Of a stretch of DNA of 64,000 bases, positions 1-8,704 are shown piece after piece. How positions within the stretch are numbered: position 1 is the first letter of the stretch; each line of letters starts with the position of its first letter. This DNA comes from Gammaproteobacteria bacterium (GTDB lineage Bacteria > Pseudomonadota > Gammaproteobacteria > Eutrophobiales > Eutrophobiaceae), in NCBI GenBank assembly GCA_965222155.1, contig CBDCTH010000004.1, forward strand, positions 128,001 through 192,000. Reading direction: 5' to 3'. The notes below the pieces were generated by a model. That model was not told the origin of the DNA. It ran no database searches and was given only the letters and a program-made list of their open reading frames with translations. Both the position numbers and the translations under genes were made by a program.

Positions 1-1
1 T

Positions 2-1015
2 ATTTTCCTGAAAGGGCGCTGCGCGGATCAACTCCGATAGGACAAAGCTTTCCATCAGACCGCCAAGAGCGGTTGGATTTGCGTCGGCATGAAAGGAATC
101 CGGTTTCAGGTTACGTAGCGCTGAAGCGATTCCCGTATCCACAAAATGATTTTTCGAGTTCTTGATTTCGCGCCGGGTTTCACCGGATGCCCAGGCCCCA
201 AGTCTGGTGACAATTGAGAGTTTCAAGAGAACATCAAGATACTGCTCCGTGGTTTTCCTCTGCACCCCAATAATTTCGCATAACTCTGCGATATTGAGTT
301 CCGAACCGGTGCGAACGGCTAATTGATCGATCATGCGCCGCAGTGCATCAGTCTTGCGCACGGGCAGCAGATCTGCGATGTCTCTGTCGACCACGGCATC
401 CACGTAATTTCGATACGCGGCTTGTCTGGGCGCTAGCGGATAGCTCCTGATTTCCGGATATCCACCGCGCAGCAGGAGATCGATATAAGCGGCGCGCGTC
501 AACGGTTCGGCTGGGGGCAGACGCCTTAAATCGGGGGAGTTTGAGACTGCCCAATCCAGCAGACGGCACGGCGGCTGCGACCTCGTTTCAGCGATTGACA
601 AGGGCCAGAGCTTGAGGGTCAGCACACGCCCGGCAAGAGAGTCCGCTACGTCTGCTGTCGTAAACACATTGGATGACCCGGTCAGGATGAACTGACCCTT
701 GCGCCTGTTCGCATCGACAATCATCTTGATGGCAAGTGCGAGCTTCTTTGAGCGCTGCGCTTCATCAATGATCAGTGGCGCCTCTGCAAGATGGCTCAGA
801 AGGCTCCCGAGCTGCCCTGAGGGATCGTCCTCTATGGCATTGAGCGTGTTCCGATCATCCAGCGTGATAAACTTGCCCACATTCAGAATGTCTCTGACGA
901 GCGTTGTCTTTCCTGCTTGTCTCGGCCCGATAATGTTCACCACACGGGAATAAGAGAGAGCTTTTTGTAATTCGACGCTCAGGTGGCGAGGAAGAATAGG
1001 GTTGTCATTTAACAT
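2..1015 (-). CDS. AAA+ ATPase with DUF4143-type C-terminus (partial, runs off window start)
   Basis: Not in ORF track. Manual translation from ATG at 1015: MLNDNPILPRHL...IIGPRQAGKTTL (Walker A)...LIIDEAQR (Walker B)...FILTGSS...SLAGR, typical of AAA_14/DUF4143 proteins. Confidence 0.88.
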   Translation of the reverse strand, partial: MLNDNPILPRHLSVELQKALSYSRVVNIIGPRQAGKTTLVRDILNVGKFITLDDRNTLNAIEDDPSGQLGSLLSHLAEAPLIIDEAQRSKKLALAIKMIVDANRRKGQFILTGSSNVFTTADVADSLAGRVLTLKLWPLSIAETRSQPPCRLLDWAVSNSPDLRRLPPAEPLTRAAYIDLLLRGGYPEIRSYPLAPRQAAYRNYVDAVVDRDIADLLPVRKTDALRRMIDQLAVRTGSELNIAELCEIIGVQRKTTEQYLDVLLKLSIVTRLGAWASGETRREIKNSKNHFVDTGIASALRNLKPDSFHADANPTALGGLMESFVLSELIRAAPFQEN

Positions 1016-1033
1016 ACAGGGGTCGTCCCCGGT

Positions 1034-1093
1034 TGGTGGAATTGGTATTATATATCTGGTGAAAATGGTACTAGAAAACTGGTGAAACTGTCA
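1034..1093. promoter_or_regulatory. Three direct repeats (TGGTGRAA core) at 23-bp period upstream of the AAA ATPase, putative operator
   Basis: tggtggaattggta at 1034, tggtgaaaatggta at 1057, tggtgaaactgtca at 1080. Confidence 0.55.
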
Positions 1094-1129
1094 ATAGGGT
1101 CGATTGCTTCGAACGGATCGGGACAAAAA

Positions 1130-1196
1130 GGGACAGATTTATTTTTCAGTATAATGGTGTGGAGTCCGGGATGCCGGAGAAAAATAAATCTGTCCC
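1130..1196. repeat. REP-like inverted repeat, GGGGACAGATTT family
   Basis: Perfect 18-bp arms gggacagatttatttttc / gaaaaataaatctgtccc. Confidence 0.8.
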
Positions 1197-1239
1197 CACG
1201 ATAATCACTTGTCGGTTTTCCCTGTAAGCTATGCACATT

Positions 1240-1620
1240 TCAGCGGATCAGTTCTACTGTAATACCCAAATCGAGTGCTGCCCATGCTCGGTCTGCGGTA
1301 AGAACTCTGGCCTGCTCTCGAATTGCCAGGACCAAGCAAGCACGGTCGCCAAGCGACAGGCCCGCATCCCGGGTTGCCGTTCGCATAACACCTGCTGCAA
1401 TCGCAAGGGATTCGTCAAAGGGACAAATCTCAAGACCAAAAGCCAGGAGAGACGCGCGGGCATCTTCTTCGTTTGCTCCCAGGTCAACATACCGTGCAAT
1501 AACCTCGGAGGCATTAACTGCTGATATCATCCCATCGTTCAAAGCTCGCGCCGCAACTTCGGCGCCTTCTTCCTCAAAAGTGATTACCAGCAGTGCGGAA
1601 CTATCGAAGACGATGCTCAT
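1240..1620 (-). CDS. vapC: VapC-family PIN toxin
   Basis: IVFDSSALL, VNASEV, LSLGDRACL, VLTADRAW PIN motifs; overlaps the upstream antitoxin stop. Confidence 0.9.
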   Translation of the reverse strand: MSIVFDSSALLVITFEEEGAEVAARALNDGMISAVNASEVIARYVDLGANEEDARASLLAFGLEICPFDESLAIAAGVMRTATRDAGLSLGDRACLVLAIREQARVLTADRAWAALDLGITVELIR

Positions 1621-2132
1621 TCCTCTCCCCACATAGTCCGTCTGTCCTTGAGGAATTGATCGACAATACTCGTTCCCGGTTTTTTGTATTTTCTCATGCG
1701 GGATTGGATTTGTTTGACCGCAATGATGGGAGAAATAATACGGAGTTCTCCTGCCTCAACGCGGGCCGTTACGCGACCATCCTCTCCCAGGAGCATCGCC
1801 TCCCGCATCTCAAAGGGAATTGAAAACCGACCGTCCGGCGCAACCCTCAGCGATTGGGGTTCGACATCGCAAGGCTTTGCAAACGATGCAGTCGCCCGAC
1901 CCGGTTGCAGTTCATACCAATCTTTCCAGTACTGGTACTGTGTGTTGGCCGTATTTGCATTACCATTCTCTGCCGTGAAACGCTCTATGACTTCACGGCG
2001 CTTTGCTGGACGACCCTTCTCACGTGTAATCTCGTCAGCAATTTCCCAGACCCGTCCGGTTTTGGTGCCAAGCCTGGGCCGGGGATATGCTACGGTCTGA
2101 GTTGTCGATAAATTTGTCATGTTTGTCTCCAT
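1617..2132 (-). CDS. AbrB/MazE-type antitoxin with an extra N-terminal domain
   Basis: C-terminal half LRVAPDGRFSIPFEMREAMLLGEDGRV...GELRI is an AbrB signature, with a VapB-like tail SIVDQFLKDRR; directly upstream of vapC. Confidence 0.8.
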   Translation of the reverse strand: METNMTNLSTTQTVAYPRPRLGTKTGRVWEIADEITREKGRPAKRREVIERFTAENGNANTANTQYQYWKDWYELQPGRATASFAKPCDVEPQSLRVAPDGRFSIPFEMREAMLLGEDGRVTARVEAGELRIISPIIAVKQIQSRMRKYKKPGTSIVDQFLKDRRTMWGEE

Positions 2133-2221
2133 GAAATATAGATTTTGTCAATATGTAACAAAATATACAGTTTATCAACTAATTGGTTCAAATATACCAG
2201 AACGATAATCATTGTAACTAC

Positions 2222-2258
2222 CCTCCCGTAAATTCAGATAATAAGTGCAACACTCGAA
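2222..2258 (+). mobile_element. Isolated IS30-like terminal sequence
   Basis: 34/37 identical to 6464-6500, which precedes an IS30-type transposase start. Confidence 0.6.
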
Positions 2259-2437
2259 AGTGGATGCGATGAGCACGCAGGCTTTGTGAGAAGTACGGGT
2301 TAATACCAAAAAACAAATGGACAGTTAAAACACTTTTATATGTGGTTATAGTATACTTATTTCGATATACTATCAATAAGTGTATAATTAAGACACTTTT
2401 TAATAGTATATATGTCTACTTAATTGAGACCAACGCC

Positions 2438-2977
2438 ATGAATCAAACGAACGCTATTCAACGGTTGGCTGCCTATGACAAGAAAGGTCGGTATATTTTT
2501 ACCAAAAAGGATCTGACGAAAGTGTTTCAGGAAGATAGCGATCGAGCGCTTCAAGCGGGGCTTAAGAGGCTGGTTCAGCGAGGAGTATTAGTACGCGCCG
2601 CTAAAGGTATCTACGTTTACGCACTATCAAGAAACAAGGGCAGCGATACTTTAGAGCAAATTGCTAAAACCATCCGTAGAGGTGAGTACAACTATGTCAG
2701 TTTGGAGTCTGCCCTCTCTGAATATGGAGCAATTTCGCAAATTCCAATTGATCGCCTGACCGTCATGACTACAGGTCGAAAAGGCCAATACAAGACACCC
2801 TTCGGCGTCATTGAATTTACTCACACCAAACGTGCAGTCCCGGACATAATCAGCAATATAAACGCCGTCGGCAGGCCACTCAAAGTAGCTGGTAAATTTG
2901 AAGCATACCGGGATTTAAAACGTGTGGGACGCAATACTCACCTGGTCGACGAGAGGATATTAAATGAAGATAACTAA
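2438..2977 (+). CDS. abiEi: AbiEi-family type IV antitoxin / transcriptional regulator
   Basis: N-terminal wHTH (LKRLVQRGVLVRAAKGIY), YVSLESALSEYGAISQIP motif; overlaps abiEii. Confidence 0.85.
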   Translation: MNQTNAIQRLAAYDKKGRYIFTKKDLTKVFQEDSDRALQAGLKRLVQRGVLVRAAKGIYVYALSRNKGSDTLEQIAKTIRRGEYNYVSLESALSEYGAISQIPIDRLTVMTTGRKGQYKTPFGVIEFTHTKRAVPDIISNINAVGRPLKVAGKFEAYRDLKRVGRNTHLVDERILNEDN

Positions 2978-3884
2978 AGAAGATTTTGCCCGGCTGGTCA
3001 ATAAAGTGATGGAAGATTCAAACGTCACACATTTACGCCCCGTCATTGAGAAGGAACTGCTTCACTATGACATCTTGTTCTGTCTGGATCAGAAAGGTTT
3101 ACTGGATAATCTGGTTTTTCAGGGTGGGACGTCACTGCGGTTATGCCACGGTGGCAACCGTTTCAGTGAAGATTTGGATTTTGCAGGTGGTAAAGACTTT
3201 TCATCAGCCATGCTTGCCGGGATGAAAAGCTGTATTGGAGATTACCTTGGCGCAAGGTATGGCTTGGCAGTCACAGTCAAAGAGCCCGCAATATTAAAAG
3301 AAGATCCAAAATATGCAGAGCTTAACATCGACAAGTGGCAAATTGCTGTCGTCACTGCACCTGATCGTAAAGATGTGCCGAAGCAGCGCATCAAGATTGA
3401 GATTGCCAACATTCCGGCCTATACCAAAGAAGCTGTTCCATTGAAGGCAAACTACGAGTTTCTTCCGGACGGATACGACGATACGCTGATCTTCGCGGAA
3501 ACACTTAATGAAGTTATGGCTGATAAATTGGTTTCGCTCGCTGCCACGCAAAAGTATGTGCGCCATCGTGATATCTGGGATTTATCATGGCTGAAACAAC
3601 AAGGGGCAACCGTGCAGCCTGACTTGGTGGAACAGAAAGTTGATGACTACCGACTCCTCAATTACCCGGATATGCTCGATAGCATAATTGCCAGGAGCCC
3701 GACCATCGTAGCCGGAACCGCATTCAAAGATGAAATGAAGCGATTCCTGCCAACGGATGTGTGTGATCGGACTCTGGATAAAGAGAAATTTGAAGGGTTC
3801 CTGATCAGTTCGATTACGGGCTTGTACAAAGAGCTTAGGCAAAAGCTGTATAACCGGCAATCAAAGCCAGAATTCTTACTATAG
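2964..3884 (+). CDS. abiEii: AbiEii-family nucleotidyltransferase toxin
   Basis: FQGGTSLRLCHGGNRFSEDLDF, DKLVSL and RDIWDL motifs. Confidence 0.9.
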   Translation: MKITKEDFARLVNKVMEDSNVTHLRPVIEKELLHYDILFCLDQKGLLDNLVFQGGTSLRLCHGGNRFSEDLDFAGGKDFSSAMLAGMKSCIGDYLGARYGLAVTVKEPAILKEDPKYAELNIDKWQIAVVTAPDRKDVPKQRIKIEIANIPAYTKEAVPLKANYEFLPDGYDDTLIFAETLNEVMADKLVSLAATQKYVRHRDIWDLSWLKQQGATVQPDLVEQKVDDYRLLNYPDMLDSIIARSPTIVAGTAFKDEMKRFLPTDVCDRTLDKEKFEGFLISSITGLYKELRQKLYNRQSKPEFLL

Positions 3885-4000
3885 TTTTTATCCTGACCTT
3901 GTCGGCATATTGCGTTTGCCACTATGCCGCTGATCCACGGTAGACGTTGATCTTTCTCCAATAACCCGATCCACGCCAGATGAGGGGGAGAACACCACCA

Positions 4001-4330
4001 GTCTGCGGTAAGAACTCTGGCCTGCTCTCGAATTGCCAGGACCACGCGGGCACGGTCGCCAAGCGACAGGCCTGCATCCCGGGTTGCCGTTCGCATAAGA
4101 CCCGCTGCAATCGCAAGGGATCCGTCAAAAGGATAAATCTCAAGACCAAAAGCCAGGAGAGACGCGCGGGCATCATCTTCGTTTGCTCCCAGGTCAACAT
4201 ATCGCGCAATAACCTCGGAGGCATTGACCGCTGAAATCATCCCATCATTCAAAGCCCGCACCGCAACTTCGGTGCCTTCTTCCTCAAAAGTGATTGCCAG
4301 CAGTGCGGAACTATCGAAGACGATGTTCAT
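4001..4330 (-). pseudogene. vapC: Truncated second copy of the vapC at 1240-1620, with no antitoxin
   Basis: About 21 mismatches over 338 bp versus 1291-1628 (hand count); similarity ends at VLTAD and the last ~16 codons are missing. Confidence 0.85.
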
Positions 4331-4338
4331 TCCTCTCC

Positions 4339-4498
4339 GCATGCGTTCAGCGGGTTTGGGGTCAATGTCGGCGTAATTGCAGAGAAAGGTCAGTACTACT
4401 TGGCGTAGGGCTTCGGCCAGAACATCGTTTGGAATCGGTGGCAGGACGCGGAAGCTGTCAGAGGGATAGAACACCCCATCGGCGACCGTGGCGTGTAT
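4339..4498 (-). mobile_element. IS91-family (HUH) transposase fragment
   Basis: Translates IHATVADGVFYPSDSFRVLPPIPNDVLAEALRQVVLTFL, resembling the HxH-hydrophobic-DGVF region of IS91 transposases. Confidence 0.55.
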
Positions 4499-4641
4499 AA
4501 CAACTTAAGACCGGAAGTCAAATAAAAATCTGTCGTTAGCCTTAAAGCACAAGGCAAGCTCATGCATTTGGTTTATTATTTTCTTTTTGGAGAAAGTAAT
4601 ATTGAAACTCCGCCATATTGTGACCAGTAAGATCCATATAT

Positions 4642-5172
4642 TTAATTCAGCAAATACCGATTCGCGGTCAGGATTGAAATTCCTTGACCTTTGAAATCGC
4701 CGTCATGCGTAATCAATGTTAATCCTTTGACTTTGCAGAGTTCAGCAATAACCTGATCATTGAAATCAGAATCACCCGTAGAATAGGCATCAAGTAGAGT
4801 ATCTATTTTCAATTTCTCAAAGCCGCTTTCCATATGTGAACAGTGATTCATCACACGTTTGACGTCATCGGTGATTCCTTGCGCAATTGGTTTAAAATTT
4901 GGACTGTTACGAAAAGTTTTAAATTTCATGGTGGACGCAATAACTTTCCATTGCAATCTGGCGTATGTGTTAATGAATTCTGAAACGACGAGCACATCAA
5001 TATGGATATGACTTTTTGCGACGATAATACGCTTGAGCATATCTGAGTAAGTAGTAACTCGCGAATCCCCCGGTCTTTGTGGGGCATAGATATACAACTA
5101 GATATTGGCATCTAGAAACAACTGATCATTGGAGGTAAATTTGTAGCGATTCACCTCCAGCGCTTTAAGCAT
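4642..5172 (-). pseudogene. PIN-domain nuclease with an in-frame TAG at codon 25
   Basis: From ATG 5172: MLKALEVNRYKFTSNDQLFLDANI*LYIYAP...VVSEFIN...DFNDQVI...LITHDGDF; TAG at 5098-5100 is one substitution from TGG (Trp). Confidence 0.8.
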
Positions 5173-5524
5173 CCTCCTCCAGCGTATCCCGAACTGCCTG
5201 CTCGAATCTTTGTGGGTCTTTGAAGTACAGCTTGGCCGTATCAACCACGCGTTTAAGTAGGGCTAGGTCATCGGATTCCATCTCCTCTACCCTGAGCAAA
5301 GAGCGTATTTTTTCTTCATTGAATTCCCCATATAACTGGCCGATAGCGGCATTCAAAAAGGCCGAGGTTAACGTAGTAACATTGCGGAAGGAAAGTACGA
5401 CGCCACGCTCCTGTTTAAAAACAGAGGCAAGGCGATCATAAATCTTCTGTCCATCGCCGGAAGCAACGCACAGGGAGCTTCCCACCACTTCAAAAACGGA
5501 TATAGTAAAATCTTTTTGCATCAT
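5165..5524 (-). CDS. STAS-like (DUF4325-type) protein
   Basis: VASGDGQKIY...VVLSFRNVTTLTSAFLNAAIGQLY, a STAS/anti-anti-sigma-like pattern. Confidence 0.8.
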   Translation of the reverse strand: MMQKDFTISVFEVVGSSLCVASGDGQKIYDRLASVFKQERGVVLSFRNVTTLTSAFLNAAIGQLYGEFNEEKIRSLLRVEEMESDDLALLKRVVDTAKLYFKDPQRFEQAVRDTLEEDA

Positions 5525-5535
5525 TAATCTCCTTC

Positions 5536-6408
5536 TTAAAAAATATCCTCGGCGGTCAGTTCGGAGGCAAGACTATAAGACTCTGTATCTGCCGTATTGA
5601 TTTCCACACTTACCACAGTCCCAGGGAATGGGTGATTTAATTTTGTGACGGCAGTTTGTCTGCCACTCCGCCGCCAATAGCCGGCATCTGACACAATTTG
5701 AATGCAGCCACCATTCAAGTCAATAAACTCACAAAGTAATTTCAACCCTAATCCACCCGGTATACCGTCACGTTTGGTTGTATTATTGCCCTGTGTAGCC
5801 CAGACAATTGCTTTCTCGGGTGACAAATTGCGCCCTGTATAGTCTTTTATATTTTGACGTATGCCGACTCCTAGGTCAGCCACCGTAAAATCGAGCCTGT
5901 CCTTATTGGGGAAAAACTGCCCACAACTGAATATCCCTAACTCAGTACGTGAATGTAGCACGGCATTACTGAATATCTCAAAAATACTCTCGCGGAATTT
6001 TTTCAGTAGTCCCGGAGACATGTCAGGCATTTCAGAACGATGTATAAACTCCTTCTCAATATAATCGGAGAAATAGCGGTCGTCATCAACATCCAACCGT
6101 TGATAAGTAATGGTTGTGCCCCAAAGATCGGGAATTTTTTCCCGTCCATAGTGACTCAGGAAACCATTTTTTGAAAGACTACGTTTGACCTTTGGCTGAA
6201 TATTGACTAAATTGACTTCGTTAAGATTTTCTCCGAGATTGTAGAGAATCGCGCCAAATACCGCACACATATTGGCGTCAAACCAAGTCGCTGCCTGCAT
6301 GTCAATCTCAATAACATCAAGAAAACACTCTTTGGTCTGCGCATGCAGGGACGCAAAGGCTTCAAAACTTTCTTGGTCGTGGTGAATCTTCCGTAGAGTA
6401 AACCTCAC
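5536..6408 (-). CDS. GHKL/HATPase_c protein (RsbW/SpoIIAB-like), no DHp domain
   Basis: N-box EIFSNAVLHS, G1 VADLGVGI, G2 GGLGL, C-terminal FPGTVV; N-terminal IDMQAATWFD segment looks STAS-like. Confidence 0.8.
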   Translation of the reverse strand: MRFTLRKIHHDQESFEAFASLHAQTKECFLDVIEIDMQAATWFDANMCAVFGAILYNLGENLNEVNLVNIQPKVKRSLSKNGFLSHYGREKIPDLWGTTITYQRLDVDDDRYFSDYIEKEFIHRSEMPDMSPGLLKKFRESIFEIFSNAVLHSRTELGIFSCGQFFPNKDRLDFTVADLGVGIRQNIKDYTGRNLSPEKAIVWATQGNNTTKRDGIPGGLGLKLLCEFIDLNGGCIQIVSDAGYWRRSGRQTAVTKLNHPFPGTVVSVEINTADTESYSLASELTAEDIF

Positions 6409-6463
6409 ACCGACACCTCAAAAATCGTTATAGTATCGCCACCGAAGATATTCACTATCTTAA

Positions 6464-6652
6464 CCTCTCGTAAATTCAGACAATAAGTGCAACACCCGAA
6501 GAAGTCAGCCGGCTGGACTATTTCACAATTTGACTGAAACCAACTCAAGGGTGATTGCTATGCGCAAGAAATACACACAACTGACTGAGGCTGAACGATA
6601 CCACATTTATATCATGAAGAAACAAGGTTATTCCAACACCAAAATTTCCCGC
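6464..6652 (+). mobile_element. IS30-family remnant: left end plus first ~31 codons of transposase
   Basis: Terminal ...aattcagacaataagtgcaacac, then ATG at 6560 MRKKYTQLTEAERYHIYIMKKQGYSNTKISR (IS30 N-terminal HTH); homology ends at a palindromic repeat. Confidence 0.75.
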
Positions 6653-6655
6653 GGC

Positions 6656-6763
6656 AAATTCTGGGGACACAATACTTAATTCACACGATATTGGATGGGA
6701 GGGGAGAAAAGAAAGGCCTGAGTGAAATAAACGGTAATCAGGTATCGTGTCCTCAGAATTCCC
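6656..6763. repeat. REP-like inverted pair, TTCTGGGGACACAATACTTAATT family
   Basis: aattctggggacacaatacttaattc with degenerate inverse gtatcgtgtcctcagaattc; same arm recurs at ~60083. Confidence 0.7.
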
Positions 6764-6771
6764 GTTCGGGA

Positions 6772-7158
6772 TCACCAGAGACGGCGAACGCCGTATTGGT
6801 CGAAAAGCGTCTCAATCGAGATAAGAACAAGGTTGCGTGCAAGCGCTTGGGAGATAAGCATTCTATCGAACGGATCGCGGTGGGGACCAGGCAACTCACC
6901 GGCGCGTCCGGCGTCGTCTACGGTAATCGCCAGTTCTTCAAAGCCTTGGCCGGAAATTGCCCCGGCAATGTCCAGCGCGACAATCTCAGCGTTTCGAAGT
7001 TTACCGAGACGGTGCTTGGTTGCGATTTCCCAAGCCGAGGCTGCGCTCACCAGCACATCGTTCGCTTCATTTGCAATCGCCTGGCGGGCCTGCTGCGACA
7101 ACCTTTCGCTTCCGGCGAGCCACCACAGAAATGCGTGGGTGTCCAGTAGGAGCCGCAA
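6772..7158 (-). CDS. vapC: VapC-family PIN toxin
   Basis: LLLDTHAFLWW, SAASAWEIATK, HRDPFDRMLISQA. Confidence 0.93.
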   Translation of the reverse strand: MRLLLDTHAFLWWLAGSERLSQQARQAIANEANDVLVSAASAWEIATKHRLGKLRNAEIVALDIAGAISGQGFEELAITVDDAGRAGELPGPHRDPFDRMLISQALARNLVLISIETLFDQYGVRRLW

Positions 7159-7161
7159 CGC

Positions 7162-7392
7162 TCACGCTTCCCAGGCAGACAGTTCCGTTTCCGGGAGCGG
7201 TTCGAAAAAGCTGTCGTCGATCGTGATCTGCCCTGCGAGAATACCAAATTCCCGTTTGCCCCGATGTTGACAGCCGACAAGGCGCGCAACCGGCTTGCCA
7301 TTGCGAGCAATAACGACCTCCTGGCCGTCCTCGACTTGCGCGAGCAGACGTGACAACTGGGTCTTCGCTTGATGGACATTCACTATTGACAT
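7162..7392 (-). CDS. Phd/YefM-family antitoxin
   Basis: VNVHQAKTQLSRLLAQVEDGQEVVIARNGKPVARL; palindrome ttagcta..tagctaa upstream at ~7413-7432. Confidence 0.92.
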   Translation of the reverse strand: MSIVNVHQAKTQLSRLLAQVEDGQEVVIARNGKPVARLVGCQHRGKREFGILAGQITIDDSFFEPLPETELSAWEA

Positions 7393-7642
7393 CACTGGTT
7401 CCTTGAAAAGGTTTAGCTAATTATATAGCTAATGTTTATATTATGTCAAACAGCTTTTTTGACAACAAATATTCTTACGGCGAAACAGAATTGCCGTTTG
7501 TTTAAATTTAAACAGGTATCTATAAGATTTTGCTTCATTTATCAGGGTACTTATGAAAAACTTTAATTCGTCGTTGCTGCGGAGAGTTTGTCGACTTGAT
7601 AAATTGTTACAGGTGTAACAGTAAGATAACCGGAAGAACAAG

Positions 7643-8704
7643 ATGTCTTTAGGCCCAATCATGCTGGACCTGCGCGGCCCTGAGTTGGAAGCCGACGAGC
7701 GGGAGATGTTGCTGCATCCGCTGGTGGGTGGGGTCATCCTGTTCGCCCGGAACTATCAAGACCCGGAAACATTGATTTCGCTGACGTCCCGGATCCACGC
7801 TTTACGCAACCCCGCCTTGTTAATTACCGTGGACCATGAGGGAGGGCGGGTACAGCGCTTTCACCATGGATTTACCCGCCTGCCTCCCAGTCGCTGTTTC
7901 GGTGATCTCTATGATCTTGATGAGGCAAGGGCCTTGGCGCTTGTTGAGAATGCCGGCTGGCTGCTGGCCGGCGAGTTGCTTTCGGTCGGTGTTGATCTCA
8001 GTTTTACCCCGGTGCTGGACTTGAATTCCGGGGTGAGTTCATTTTTAGGCGATCGCGTCTACCATCGCTCCCCGGATGTTGTAGCGCACCTGGCGCAACG
8101 ATTGATGAAAGGTATGCGTAGCGCCGGCATGATGGCGGTGGGCAAACACTTTCCGGGCCACGGCAATGTCAAAGGAGATTCTCACCATGAGGTTCCGGTG
8201 GATAACCGCAGGTATGAAGATATAGTGATGGAAGATTTGCTGCCTTTTGAACGTATGATCAACGCGGGTTTGGCGGCAATCATGCCGGCGCACGTTATTT
8301 ACCCTCATGTGGATGATAAACCCGCCGGATTCTCCCCACTGTGGTTAAAACAGGTACTACGCGGCAGGCTGAATTTCCAGGGTGTGATCTTCAGCGACGA
8401 TATCAGCATGGCTGGCGCCGAGGTTGCCGGGACTTATACGGAACGGGCATACAGCGCGCTGGATGCCGGTTGTGACCTGGTCCTGGTATGTAATAATCAG
8501 CCTGCGGCCATAACGCTGCTGGATGAGCTGAAGGTCAACGCTGACCCTGCATCCCAACTGAGGCTGATGCGTATGCATGGTGCTAACACCTTGTCATATA
8601 AAGACTTGTGCAACAATGAAAGACGTTTACGGATCGCAAGTGAGATATCTGAACTGGACGTGGCGCCGGAGTTGGAGTTGGATGATGACGGCATTATGTC
8701 GTAA
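7643..8704 (+). CDS. nagZ: Beta-N-acetylhexosaminidase (GH3)
   Basis: VDHEGGRVQRF, KHFPGHG...DSH, FSDDISM. Confidence 0.95.
   Translation: MSLGPIMLDLRGPELEADEREMLLHPLVGGVILFARNYQDPETLISLTSRIHALRNPALLITVDHEGGRVQRFHHGFTRLPPSRCFGDLYDLDEARALALVENAGWLLAGELLSVGVDLSFTPVLDLNSGVSSFLGDRVYHRSPDVVAHLAQRLMKGMRSAGMMAVGKHFPGHGNVKGDSHHEVPVDNRRYEDIVMEDLLPFERMINAGLAAIMPAHVIYPHVDDKPAGFSPLWLKQVLRGRLNFQGVIFSDDISMAGAEVAGTYTERAYSALDAGCDLVLVCNNQPAAITLLDELKVNADPASQLRLMRMHGANTLSYKDLCNNERRLRIASEISELDVAPELELDDDGIMS

Noticed and set aside
3662-4474. 270-aa ORF as a real gene
   Set aside because: Chimera of an IS91-like fragment, truncated vapC and antisense read-through into abiEii
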